Shown: positions 1 to 9,143 of the stretch, piece after piece | Layout: every line of letters begins with the position of its first letter | How positions within the stretch are numbered: the stretch's first letter is position 1 | From: an uncultured delta proteobacterium | GTDB taxonomy: Bacteria > Myxococcota > Kuafuiibacteriia > Kuafuiibacteriales > Kuafuiibacteriaceae | NCBI GenBank assembly: GCA_963803435.1 | Contig: CAWDML010000009.1 | Location: 588,954 to 652,953 of the forward strand | Direction of reading: 5' to 3' | Length of the DNA: 64,000 bases | The notes under the pieces: generated by a model | The model's input: the letters and a program-made list of their open reading frames with translations, nothing else | Told to the model about the DNA's origin: nothing | The model's database searches: none | Position numbers and translations under genes: made by a program

Positions 1-1
1 A

Positions 2-668
2 CGGCGTCACGCACTACAAGTTCGCGGCGATCCAGCTGGCGCAGACCACCACGCGCTCGATCATCGGCACGCTCGAGCTCGACCGCACCTTCGAGGAGCG
101 CGACGTCGTCAACGCCCGCGTGGTCGGTGTGCTCAACGAGGTCAGCGCCGAGTGGGGCATCCGCGTGCACCGCTACGAGGTGAAGAACATCGTCCCGCCG
201 CTCACGGTCCGGGAGGCGATGGAGCGGCAGATGGGCGCCGAGCGCGATCGACGCGCGACGATGGCCCGCGCCGAGGGCGAGGCGCAGACGCGGATCAACG
301 AGTCCGAGGGCCGGATGCGCGAGATGATCAATCGCTCCGAGGGCGAGATGCAGCGGCGCGTGAACGAGGCCGAGGGCAAGGCTCAGGAGGTCCTGGCGCT
401 GGCGCGTGCGACGGCCGAGTCGATCGAGAAGGTAGGCCTGGCGCTGTCTCAGCCCGGCGGCATCAAGGCGACCAACCTGCGGCTCGCGCAGCAGTACGTG
501 TCCAAGCTGGGCAGCTTGGCGCAGCCGCAGACCACGGTGATGTTGCCGTCGGATCTGAGCGGCGTCGACGCGCTCCTCGGCGCCGTCACCCTGGGGGAGC
601 CCGACGGGCGTCCGGTCCGGTCGCGGCTCGGCGACACCGTGCCCGCGGCGCCTGCGCGCGGAGACTGA
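2..668 (+). CDS. SPFH/band-7 (stomatin/prohibitin-like) protein, 5'-partial
   Basis: Frame 2 is open from the window start (GVTHYKFAAIQLAQTTTRSIIGTLELDRTFEERD...), continuing into the listed ORF 120..668. It shows the SPFH core followed by a Glu/Arg-rich coiled-coil tail typical of stomatin-like proteins. GC3-rich codon usage. Confidence 0.75.
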   Translation, partial: GVTHYKFAAIQLAQTTTRSIIGTLELDRTFEERDVVNARVVGVLNEVSAEWGIRVHRYEVKNIVPPLTVREAMERQMGAERDRRATMARAEGEAQTRINESEGRMREMINRSEGEMQRRVNEAEGKAQEVLALARATAESIEKVGLALSQPGGIKATNLRLAQQYVSKLGSLAQPQTTVMLPSDLSGVDALLGAVTLGEPDGRPVRSRLGDTVPAAPARGD

Positions 669-758
669 CGCCGATCGCACGCCGTGCGCGCCCGTGTCAC
701 ACTCCGCGACAGGGCGCGGCCTCGGGTGACGGCGCCTGTGTCACGATCCGAACGCTTC

Positions 759-1085
759 GTGCATGATGCGAGGCGCGTGAACGCCTGGGACGAGAGCCTC
801 AACCGCCTGAACGACGATGCCTATCTTTGGTGGCCGATCGACTTCATTCGGCCGAAGAAGCACGCGCCGATGACCGCGCGCGTGGTGCTCGTGATCGCCG
901 TCCTCTACGGCGTGCTCGGCGGCATGATCGCCAACATCGTGTTTGCGCTGGCCGGGAGCGGTCTGGCCCGCCAGCCGTACATCCTTCCGCTCGCCGTGCC
1001 GGCGGCGTGGTTCGTGGTGCATCGACTGACCCTGGCGCGCGCCTGGAACCGCCGTGCGGCCCGGCTCGCCGCCCACCGCTCCTGA
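759..1085 (+). CDS. hypothetical small membrane protein (2 predicted TM helices), start uncertain
   Basis: Part of ORF 684..1085. The non-Arg-rich portion begins near GTG 759/777 (VNAWDESLNRLNDDAYLWWPIDFIRPKK...), followed by hydrophobic segments VVLVIAVLYGVLGGMIANIVFALAG and ILPLAVPAAWFVV. Confidence 0.3.
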   Translation: MHDARRVNAWDESLNRLNDDAYLWWPIDFIRPKKHAPMTARVVLVIAVLYGVLGGMIANIVFALAGSGLARQPYILPLAVPAAWFVVHRLTLARAWNRRAARLAAHRS

Positions 1086-1327
1086 CTCCGTGCTGGCGCA
1101 GCCCCGCGTCGACAGCTCGCAGCTCGCAGCCGTCCGGCTCGGATCGAACGCCCACGCGGAGCGCTCAACGCTCCTGCTCGACCTTCGTGCGGAATCTGTA
1201 GAGCATCCGGCTGATCTCGTCGATCTCGGCGATCAAGCGCCCATTTGGTCACGCCTCTCTTGGCGCAGGTCTCCTCGCGTCGCGAATCAGATGCCCAGGA
1301 GGGGCACAAACCGCTAAGCTCCGGCCG

Positions 1328-1660
1328 ATGTTCGAGCGCGACTTCCTCATGCGCGAGGTCAAGCAGATCGTCGAGCTGATCGCGAAGATCGCGCGGCTCA
1401 AGAGCGAGTCGAAGCTGGAGGCCGCGCTCGGTGAGATCAACGCGGCCTACGATCGGCTCGGGATCAAGAAGAGCATGCTCGACTATCTCGACGCGGGATC
1501 GCTCGCTCGAATGATCGGCTCTCCGGAGGCGCTGGCGGCGGTGGGAGCGTTGATGGCGGAGGAGGCGGCGATCCTGGAGGCGGAGGGCGATCCGCGGGCC
1601 GAGGCCAAGCGACAGCGGGCGGAGGTGTTGATCGCCGCCGGGACCGTCGATCAGGGCTGA
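1328..1660 (+). CDS. hypothetical protein (110 aa)
   Basis: ORF MFERDFLMREVKQIVELIAKIARLK... has balanced composition and high GC3, and is not Arg/Pro-rich like the overlapping antisense ORFs. Confidence 0.45.
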   Translation: MFERDFLMREVKQIVELIAKIARLKSESKLEAALGEINAAYDRLGIKKSMLDYLDAGSLARMIGSPEALAAVGALMAEEAAILEAEGDPRAEAKRQRAEVLIAAGTVDQG

Positions 1661-1818
1661 CGTTCGCGATCGAACACGCAGGCCGCGTGACCGAGCACGG
1701 AGGGTCCGTCCCGGAGCGCCGTCGGCGTGGGCCGCCATCCTCGCGAGAGCCGCGCCTCGAGGAGCTCGTCCGCCGTCGGCGGGTGATCCCACACGGCGAC
1801 CGCCGTGACCGCGCCGAG

Positions 1819-1983
1819 TCAGGTGGTGTCGAAGACCAGGTGGGTCTCGCCCTCGTGGCGCACCACGACGTCGTGCGTGTACTCGTCCTGAACCACCACG
1901 TCGACGATGGGCTTCGGCGGGGTCGCGGCGCCGGCCCACCGGATGACGGCCTCCAGGGTTCGAAGCGGCGGCAGCTCGGGCAT
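1819..1983 (-). CDS. small hypothetical protein (54 aa), absent from the supplied ORF track
   Basis: Hand translation of the minus strand: ATG(1983) MPELPPLRTLEAVIRWAGAATPPKPIVDVVVQDEYTHDVVVRHEGETHLVFDTT TGA(1819). 50 of 53 codons end in G/C. GGTGGAAGG lies immediately 5' of the ATG. It is divergent from the anti-sigma/sigma operon. Confidence 0.4.
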   Translation of the reverse strand: MPELPPLRTLEAVIRWAGAATPPKPIVDVVVQDEYTHDVVVRHEGETHLVFDTT

Positions 1984-2137
1984 CCTTCCACCAACCCGCG
2001 CCTGGGCGCGGGCGATTCCGCTCGCCGTCGAAAAGACCGGAGGCCGGACTCAGTACGCTCATGGGGTGCACCGGAGCGATCGTGTATGTTCGGGCGTGGT
2101 GAGCGACGCCGATCACGATCTCCGGCTAGAGGAGGCC

Positions 2138-2836
2138 ATGAGGCGTGAACCTCGAACGGTCGGGGCGCACATCGACGACGGCGTTCTGCTTCGATACCGG
2201 GCCCAGCAGCTCGACGCGGAGACGGAGCGCGGGATCGACGAGCATCTCGCCACCTGTAGTGAGTGTCGGGCCCTGTTGCTGGCCCTCGCGGAGCCGGTCG
2301 CGGAGAAGCAGCGCAGCTGGGCCCAGGCCGAGCTGAGCGCGGCCCGCCGCGGCCGGTGGATCGGGCTGGCCGCGGGCCTCGCCGCGGTGGCGGCGGTGCT
2401 CCTGTTCGTCCTCCTCCGCCCGCCGCCCCGCGACTTCGCCGAGTACCGGCTCGACGGCCTCCACGGCCTGGTCAAGGTCGAGCGCGCCGCCTCCGCGCCC
2501 CAGACCGATCGCGTCACCCCCGACAGCCACATCAACCTCCGCCTCCTCCCGCCCGAGCCGAAGGACGAGGTCCTGGCCGCCGGCGTGTTCGCCGTGGCCG
2601 GCGGCAAGCTCACCCGCGTCCCTGCCCAGATCCGCCAGCGCCGCGGTGTCTTCGCCGTCGAGGTCGGTGGACGTGACCTCTTCGGGACCACGTACGGCCC
2701 GCGCCGGATGGTCGTGGTGCTCGCCGGTGACGAGGCTGCGCTCGCAGCCCTCGACGGCGCCTCCGCTACTTCCTCGGGTCCCGGCCTCCGCGCCTGGAGC
2801 TTCGATCTGACCTACGAAGCCGGAGGGCTCGAGTGA
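2138..2836 (+). CDS. anti-sigma factor, zinc-finger (ZAS-type HxxxCxxC) with one TM helix
   Basis: ATG 2138 is preceded by GGAGG (2131-2135). Motif DEHLATCSECRALL, then the TM segment WIGLAAGLAAVAAVLLFVLL, then a periplasmic domain. The 5' part of listed ORF 1907..2836 lacks coding character. Confidence 0.7.
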   Translation: MRREPRTVGAHIDDGVLLRYRAQQLDAETERGIDEHLATCSECRALLLALAEPVAEKQRSWAQAELSAARRGRWIGLAAGLAAVAAVLLFVLLRPPPRDFAEYRLDGLHGLVKVERAASAPQTDRVTPDSHINLRLLPPEPKDEVLAAGVFAVAGGKLTRVPAQIRQRRGVFAVEVGGRDLFGTTYGPRRMVVVLAGDEAALAALDGASATSSGPGLRAWSFDLTYEAGGLE

Positions 2837-3448
2837 GCGAGGACGGCGCCCTCGAGCTGATCCAAAAGGCGCGCGCCGGCCAATCCCAGGCGGCCCGCGT
2901 CCTGGTGGAGCGCCTCATGCCGGTGGTGCAGGCTCGCGTGCAGCGCCGCCTCGCCCGCACGGGCGGCCGCATCGGCGCCTACGATCGCGACGACCTGGTC
3001 CAGGAGATCTCGGGTCGCCCTGGTGAAGGACCAGCTCCGCGTCCTCGGGGCCTATGATCCCACCCGCGGCGCCAGCCTCGAGGGCTACGTCGGCATGATC
3101 GCCGAGCGCGAGCTCGGCAACATCCGCCAGAAGGAGCTCGACGCCCAGAAGCGCAAGACCAACACCCTCGCGATCGCCGTCGATCGGATCGATGAGGTCG
3201 CCCGCTCCACCGACTCCCCCGAGGAGAACCTCGAGGGCCGCCGCCTCTCCGAGCAGCTCGGCGTCTACCTCGAGGCGCAGCTCCCGCCCAAGGGGCGGAT
3301 GATCTGCCGCTACGTGTACGGTGATCATGCGCCGATCGAGCGGATCTCGGAGATCCTCGGCGTCTCCCGGCAGGTGGTCTACAACTGGCAGCACCGGATC
3401 CGGAAGCTGGCGCAGGAGTTCTTCGAGCGGCAGCGCGCGGCGACGTGA
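2833..3448 (+). CDS. ECF (sigma-70 family) RNA polymerase sigma factor, interrupted by a +1 single-base frameshift near 3009
   Basis: GTG 2833 overlaps the anti-sigma stop (GTGA). Frame 1 reads ...YDRDDLVQEI, then frame 2 continues ...ALVKDQLRVLGAYDPTRGASLEGYVGMIAEREL... (region 2/2.2), and the C-terminus has a region-4 HTH (ISEILGVSRQVVYNWQHRIRKL). Removing one C in gagatcTCgggtc restores EIWVALVKD. Confidence 0.7.
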
Positions 3449-3496
3449 GATCGGGCTCGGGTGACGGAGGTCCGCCGCGGGTGCTAGACAGGCCGC

Positions 3497-6146
3497 GTGT
3501 CCAAGCCGTTCGCGCTGGCACTGCTCCTGGCGGTTGGATGCGACCGGTGTGACGGGACCGCGATCTCTCTCGAGGATGTCGAGCTCCTCGGCTATCGAGA
3601 GCTCGCTCGGCGCTCCGACGGCGTCCTCGTCTACGTGTTCGACGAGGCCTGGTCTCCGCGGCTCCGGATCGATGCACCGCCCAACCTCGAGCTGGCGCTG
3701 GTTCTTGCGACCGCGGACGAAGAGCGGCGGGTTGCCGAGTCCGGTCGAAAGCGCAGGGATGATCGCACGCTGATCTCTTACCGGCTCCCCACCGAGACGC
3801 CCGCGATGGGCGATCTGACGCTGGTCGCTCGAGATGCGCAGGGCCGTCCGCTCCAAAGCTGGCCGGCGCGCTGGGACGGCCGGCCCTCGCAGCGGCCCGA
3901 GGTCCGGGCGGTGGTCGAGCTTCGGGAGACCGACCGCGCTGCCGCGATCGAAAGGGCGATGGCGTCGTCGGATCCGTGGGTCTGCAGCGAGGCGGTGGCG
4001 ACGTACCGCTTCGGGAACCAGCTCGACGCCGCCATCACGGCGACGATGCATTGCGCCGAGGTCGCCGGTGCCGCCGGGCTCGTCACAGAGCAAAGCCGTC
4101 ATCTTCGGGCAGCCGCATACATGCTGCGCGAGCGACGCCGTTATCGGGAGTCGATCGCGCTCCTCGACCGAGCCGAGCGAGAGGATCGCGAGGTGGGCAA
4201 CGCGCGCGGCCTGCTCTTGGCCGATTACTATCGCGGCACGATCGGGTGGGTCACCGGTGACTACCGGGCGGCGCGACTCAACCTGGCGCAGGCCATCGAT
4301 CTGGGGTGGCGGCTCGGCTACGACGCCGACGCCGCCAACGCTCAGAGCGCGCTCGCGCTGTGGTACCTGGAGCACGGATTGGTCGACCGCGCGCTCGAGC
4401 AAGCCGAGCTGGCGGTGCGCGTTCTCTCGAGGCCCGAGTCTTCTCCCGTCTGGCACGCAGTGGCCGAGGAGGATCTGGCGTGGGTGCTTGCTTCGGCCGC
4501 GTGTGCCCGCGACGACGCGCGCTGTCTCGCGCGCGCCCGCTCGCTCCAGTCCCACGCGCGGGACGTCTTCGAGCGATCCCGAGAGGCAGGGCAGCTCGCC
4601 ATTGCGCGCCTCAACCTCTCATACCTCTCGTTCCTCGAAGGGGACCTCGAGGCGGCCAAGTCGGAGCTCCTGGACCTCGACCCGGCCGCGCTCGGAGCGC
4701 AGGAGGTCTTCCGGCTGATCCTCTCCGCGGAGGTTGCGCTCGCGGAAGGATCGAAGGCCGAGGCGGTCGAGAAGGCCCGCGCGGCCGTCGACGCTGCCCG
4801 CGCGGCCAGAGAGGTCGACTATCGGTGGCGCGCCGTCCAGTCCCTCGGCCGGGCCCTCGAGGCGTCGGGTGAGCGCGACCAGGCGATCGAGCAGTACCTC
4901 CACGGGGTCGACCTCGTCGAGGAGAGCGTCCGCAACAGTCCGATTCGAGAGGGACGGGCGGCCTTCGTTCACGAGCGCCGTGGCCTCTATCAGGATGCGG
5001 TCGCGTTGCTGCTCGAAGGCGGTCGCGTCGCGGAGGCCTTCGCGATCGCTGATCGGTCGCAGAGTCGGGTCCTCCGCGATCTCGAGCTCGATCTTCGCGC
5101 CTCGCGGCTCGATGAAGAGCAGCGAGCTCGATTCCTTGAGCTCCTGGAGGTCGGCCGGAGAGGACGGGACGAGCTCGCGCGCGCCGCCGCGCAGCAGAGC
5201 GTCCTCGTGGGCACCGAGCTCGCGAAGGCCCGGGCTCGCCAGGCCCAGCTGGCGAGAGAGCAGGCTTCGACCTTCGAGTCGATGGTCGAGCTGCTCGACC
5301 AGCACGCCACCCCAGCGGTCTCGACGGCCCCGGCACCACGCCTCGAGGACCATGAGGCGCTCATCGAGGTCTTCGAGGGTCGAGATGCATCCGCTCTTCT
5401 TTCTACGTGACCGCCTGCGAACGCAGGTGTTCGACCAGGAGCCGGACCTCCTGAAGACGCTGAGCGCTCGCGATGACGTCGCCCACCTCTACGTGGTGGA
5501 CGGATCGGATCAGCCGCGACTTGCGGCGACGACCCTCGTCGCCGGGCAGCCCCTCTTCGCCCGGTTCACCATGAGCTATCTGCCGGCGGCGTCGTTCCTG
5601 GCGGAGCTCCCCGATCCGCACGTCGGCCCGCCGTTGGTGGTCGTCGATCCAGGCTCCGATCTGCCAGCGACTCGAGCCGAAGGGCTCGCCGCCGGCTCGC
5701 GTCTCTCCCAGCCCGAGGTCCTGGTGGGTGCGAAGGCTGATCGACGTTCGGTTCTGAACGCGATGCAGAGGGATCGGTCGCTCTTTCACTTTGCAGGTCA
5801 CGGCGTGCTCGTCGGTGCGGATCCCTGGGCGGCGCACCTGTCGCTGGCGGGTGGCGACGAGCTGACCGTGGAGGACATTCTGCTCGCCCGAGGCCATTCG
5901 CGGGTTGTGGTGTTGAACGCCTGCGAGGGGGGGCGGGCGGTGGGGCCCGAGCGGATGAGCGTCGCCCACGCCTTCCTGCTTGCGGGGGCCCGCACGGTGA
6001 TCGCGGCGAGTCGGACGGTGGACGATCGCGGTGCTCAGCGGATCATGACCGAGCTGTACCGGGCCGGGCTGGCCGAGGATCCGATCAAGGCCGTTCAGCG
6101 GGTGCCGGCGAGCTGGGAGATGCTGCGGGTCTACGGGCGGCCGTGA
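3497..6146 (+). CDS. TPR-repeat CHAT-domain (caspase-like) protease, putative lipoprotein; frameshift near 5390
   Basis: N-terminus MSKPFALALLLAVGCD (lipobox-like), followed by about 550 aa of TPR-like helical repeats ending ...HEALIEVFEGRD (3497..5410). The CHAT domain continues in another frame (good part of ORF 4734..6146): ...HLYVVDGSD...FHFAGHG...VVLNACEGG (His/Cys dyad). The Arg-rich 5' 600 nt of ORF 4734..6146 is non-coding overlap. Confidence 0.65.
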
Positions 6147-8492
6147 TTATTGCTGGAGAGTGATGATGGACTGATCGAGGCTCTGCCTGCCGTCGAGAGA
6201 GGTCACCACCAGGTTGAGAAAGACGCTGCCGGAGTCGCCGGCCATGACGTTCTGGACGGCGCCCTTGCAGGCCGGGTTGCCGTGGCAGGGATCCTTGAGG
6301 TTGGCGTTCTTGACCACGACCGTGTGGCCCGGGATCCATTGACCCTCGGACGAATAGATGAGGAGGTCGAGGCTCGCGATCTCGTTCTTGGCGTCGTCGT
6401 AGACGACCAGTCTGGGGCCCGTGAAGGTGACGCCATTGGGGTCGAAACCCGCGCTCAACCCGGCCGTGAGGTCGAGCGTCCCGATCGTCAGGTTGGCGAC
6501 GCGGCCGGGGCAGTCCGGGCAGGCCGTCGAGCCCGGCTGAGATCCGATGCTCCCCGCCGAGAAGCGATCGAGCGCCGTCTCGTTCGACGGAACGCCGGGC
6601 GGACAGGCGCCGTTGCCGCAGATGTCCACGCAGCCCGGATCGGTGGGGATACAGCTCGAGCCGCCGTTCGGGCACTCGATCTGCTGGACGAGCGAGCTCG
6701 GCCAGAACTGGACCGGGCTGTAGCTCGTGCATGCGTCGACCAGGCCGCACTTCGAGAGGGCGCTCGCACATCCGGAGAGCGTGGTCGGTCCGATCGGATG
6801 GTTCGGATCCCCATTCTGGGCGCACTTCAAGAGGGTCTCGCAGGCGATCGCTTGGTCGAGGCGGGCGACGTCGAGCCGACGGATGGGCGTTCCGTCGCTC
6901 CGCGCGCGGCAGGTCGGATCGCCGGTCAGGTACAACAGACGGGCGAGCGTGTCGCTGGAGAGCGCAGGCTGGTGCTTTCCGGCGATGCTCGCTTGCGCGT
7001 GGGCGGCGGCTCCGCTGGCGAGGGCCGCGGATACGGAGCTTCCGGAAAGCTCGCTGGGAAACTCGAAGAACTCGTCCAGCCCGAAGTTGGTGTTGCACTG
7101 GACCCCGTGCTCGTCCCCCGGAAGCGCCGGGTTGACCGCGAAGACGTTCTGGCCGGGAGCGACCAGCGCCGGCTCGACGTCCGCGAGGGCGAGGCCGGAG
7201 GGACGATCGCGATCGTCGACGGCGCCCACCGCGGTCGTGATGGCCCATGGTGTGGTGTACGAGAGATGAGCTCGCCGGCAGCTCGAGAGGTCGTTGTAAC
7301 CCGCTGGGAAGAAGTTGAACGGGAGGACCAGCGGAGCGCCATCTGCGGGCTGACACGGTGAGGGCGGGACGCTGCTGCTGAAGAACACCTGGGGGTCGTT
7401 GATGTGGCCGGCCCGGTTGCCCGCGGAGGAGAAGCTGGAGATGGCGCGGGTGCCTTGCGCGTCGAGGTGGCGGGCGACGTCGAGCACGTATCGGATCGGC
7501 TCGCCGAACGCGTCCTCCACCGCCGTGCAGACGTTGAGGGTGATCGGATTGACGCTCTGTACCAGCGCGGTGTGGGTGAGCTCCGGCGGGAACCCGAAGC
7601 TGAGGTTGAGGATCAAGGGCGAGGTGCCGTCATAGATGGCGGCGTCGATGGCCTGGGCGATGCTCCCTCCGGTGGCGACGCCCTGTTGGTCGATCACGCG
7701 GTAGGACCGCAGATCCACCTCGGGGGCGAGGTGGCGGATGAACGTCGCCATGGCCGAGCCGTGGAAGTGCGGGTTGGCGTCGTTGTTTGTGGCGATGCCC
7801 CCGGACGTGAATTGGCCGCCGTCCGAGATCGCCAGCGTCGTCGCGATGCCGGCCGGGATCTCGCTGTCGATCAGCGCCACCCGGACCTGCGAGACCGGTG
7901 AGATTCCGGGTGCGGCGGCGGGAACGCCCAGCCGGGTCCATTGCCAGGTCTGACCGGCAGCGGTCGCGTAGGGTGCGAGGCTCATCGAGCTCGCGTCGCA
8001 CTCCCGACCCATGCGGACGGTCCCGCTGGCGAGACCGGCGACCTGGGTCCGAAGGTCGTTCAGGACGGTGCAGATCTGCTCATGGAGCACGGCTCTCCTC
8101 AGCCCCGTCCCGTCGACGAACTGCAGTCGATAGAACCGACGGTCACCGTCGCTGCGCCAGCTCGAGGCGCGGTGGGGGAGCACTGGCAGCACTTGCACGT
8201 GCAGTCCGGCCAGGGACGCCAGACATGTATTGTCTGCACAAAACCAGCTCGGCTGGAGGATGCCGTTGACCACGCTCTCGAGGTTGGACGTGAAGGTCGA
8301 GGGGAAGGGGTCCTCCCAGAGCGGACGGTCGAAGAAGAACAGATCGTCGCGGCAGGGACGCGCCGAGACCGGAGGGGGCGGGTTGGGTCGATGGAGCGCG
8401 CTGGAGGCGACCGTGTCCTGATCCGGGCCAGCCCCGCATCCTGCGGCCCAAAGTGTGATCCCGAGCGCACCCCAACGAATTCTGAGCACCAT
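6147..8492 (-). CDS. subtilisin-like serine peptidase (S8 family) lipoprotein with a C-terminal Cys-rich extension
   Basis: Signal/lipobox LWAAGCGAG. Catalytic triad context: VALIDSEI (Asp), NPHFHGSAMATF (His), SGSSVSAALASGAAAHA (Ser). GGAGA RBS before ATG 8492. Confidence 0.85.
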   Translation of the reverse strand: MVLRIRWGALGITLWAAGCGAGPDQDTVASSALHRPNPPPPVSARPCRDDLFFFDRPLWEDPFPSTFTSNLESVVNGILQPSWFCADNTCLASLAGLHVQVLPVLPHRASSWRSDGDRRFYRLQFVDGTGLRRAVLHEQICTVLNDLRTQVAGLASGTVRMGRECDASSMSLAPYATAAGQTWQWTRLGVPAAAPGISPVSQVRVALIDSEIPAGIATTLAISDGGQFTSGGIATNNDANPHFHGSAMATFIRHLAPEVDLRSYRVIDQQGVATGGSIAQAIDAAIYDGTSPLILNLSFGFPPELTHTALVQSVNPITLNVCTAVEDAFGEPIRYVLDVARHLDAQGTRAISSFSSAGNRAGHINDPQVFFSSSVPPSPCQPADGAPLVLPFNFFPAGYNDLSSCRRAHLSYTTPWAITTAVGAVDDRDRPSGLALADVEPALVAPGQNVFAVNPALPGDEHGVQCNTNFGLDEFFEFPSELSGSSVSAALASGAAAHAQASIAGKHQPALSSDTLARLLYLTGDPTCRARSDGTPIRRLDVARLDQAIACETLLKCAQNGDPNHPIGPTTLSGCASALSKCGLVDACTSYSPVQFWPSSLVQQIECPNGGSSCIPTDPGCVDICGNGACPPGVPSNETALDRFSAGSIGSQPGSTACPDCPGRVANLTIGTLDLTAGLSAGFDPNGVTFTGPRLVVYDDAKNEIASLDLLIYSSEGQWIPGHTVVVKNANLKDPCHGNPACKGAVQNVMAGDSGSVFLNLVVTSLDGRQSLDQSIITLQQ

Positions 8493-8618
8493 ACCGTCTC
8501 CTTCCGAGCCCAGGCATCAGCAGATGCTGTGCCACCCGCGTGTGCACGGTGTACTTGAACGCGTCCGGAGTTCTTTTTTTCCTCCCTGCTCGTACTGAAT
8601 CCAGCCGCCGGTCTTTTC

Positions 8619-9143
8619 TCACCCGTTGCACGCCCCCCAGGCCTCATTCGCCTGCTGATAGCAGCTGCTGCTCTGCTGGCCGCACGCCTGCTGATCGTCC
8701 CCGCGCGCCAGGCAGGACTGATACCCCCGCTGGCAGCGGTCCTGATCGATGAGGTACGTCCGATAGCACAGCTGCTGCGGCATCAGCCCGTCGGCGCAGA
8801 TCCGCTCCACGTCCTGGCAGGGGTCGACCGCGTCGGGATCGGCCATGTCCGGAGGGCAGCCGTGGTCGCGCGTGCAGGCACCCGCGTCGATGATGCTGTC
8901 GGACAGCGAGGGCACGTCGAGGTAGCGGTCGACCGTCTCGCGAGGGAGCGAGGTCTCGCAGGTCAGCACGACCTGCTTCGGGTCGGCGAAGCGCTCCAGG
9001 CACGCGCTGATGCACATGGGCTCGAGCGGCTCCACGGCCGGGTTGCAGTCCGAGTAGAAGCGGCAGGTGTCCCGGCAGTGCTCTTCGGGCGTGGGCGGCG
9101 CGCAGGCGGCGAGGAGGAGCGCGGCGGCGAGGAGGCGGCTCAC
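8619..9143 (-). CDS. cysteine-rich secreted lipoprotein (174 aa, about 20 Cys)
   Basis: MSRLLAAALLLAACAPP lipobox, with many Cys in CxxxC/CxxC spacing. The start overlaps the stop of the upstream 993-aa gene by 4 nt. Confidence 0.6.
   Translation of the reverse strand: MSRLLAAALLLAACAPPTPEEHCRDTCRFYSDCNPAVEPLEPMCISACLERFADPKQVVLTCETSLPRETVDRYLDVPSLSDSIIDAGACTRDHGCPPDMADPDAVDPCQDVERICADGLMPQQLCYRTYLIDQDRCQRGYQSCLARGDDQQACGQQSSSCYQQANEAWGACNG

Noticed and set aside
905-2116. 403-aa minus-strand ORF, Arg/Pro/Gly-rich
   Set aside because: The composition is typical of out-of-frame or antisense reading of GC-rich DNA. It overlaps better-supported genes (1328..1660 and 1819..1983).
2915-4555. 546-aa minus-strand ORF
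   Set aside because: Antisense to the TPR-CHAT gene. It is Arg-rich and low-complexity.
4734-5400. Arg-rich N-terminal 220 codons of ORF 4734..6146 as a separate gene
   Set aside because: Out-of-frame overlap with the TPR region. Coding signal begins only at the CHAT domain.
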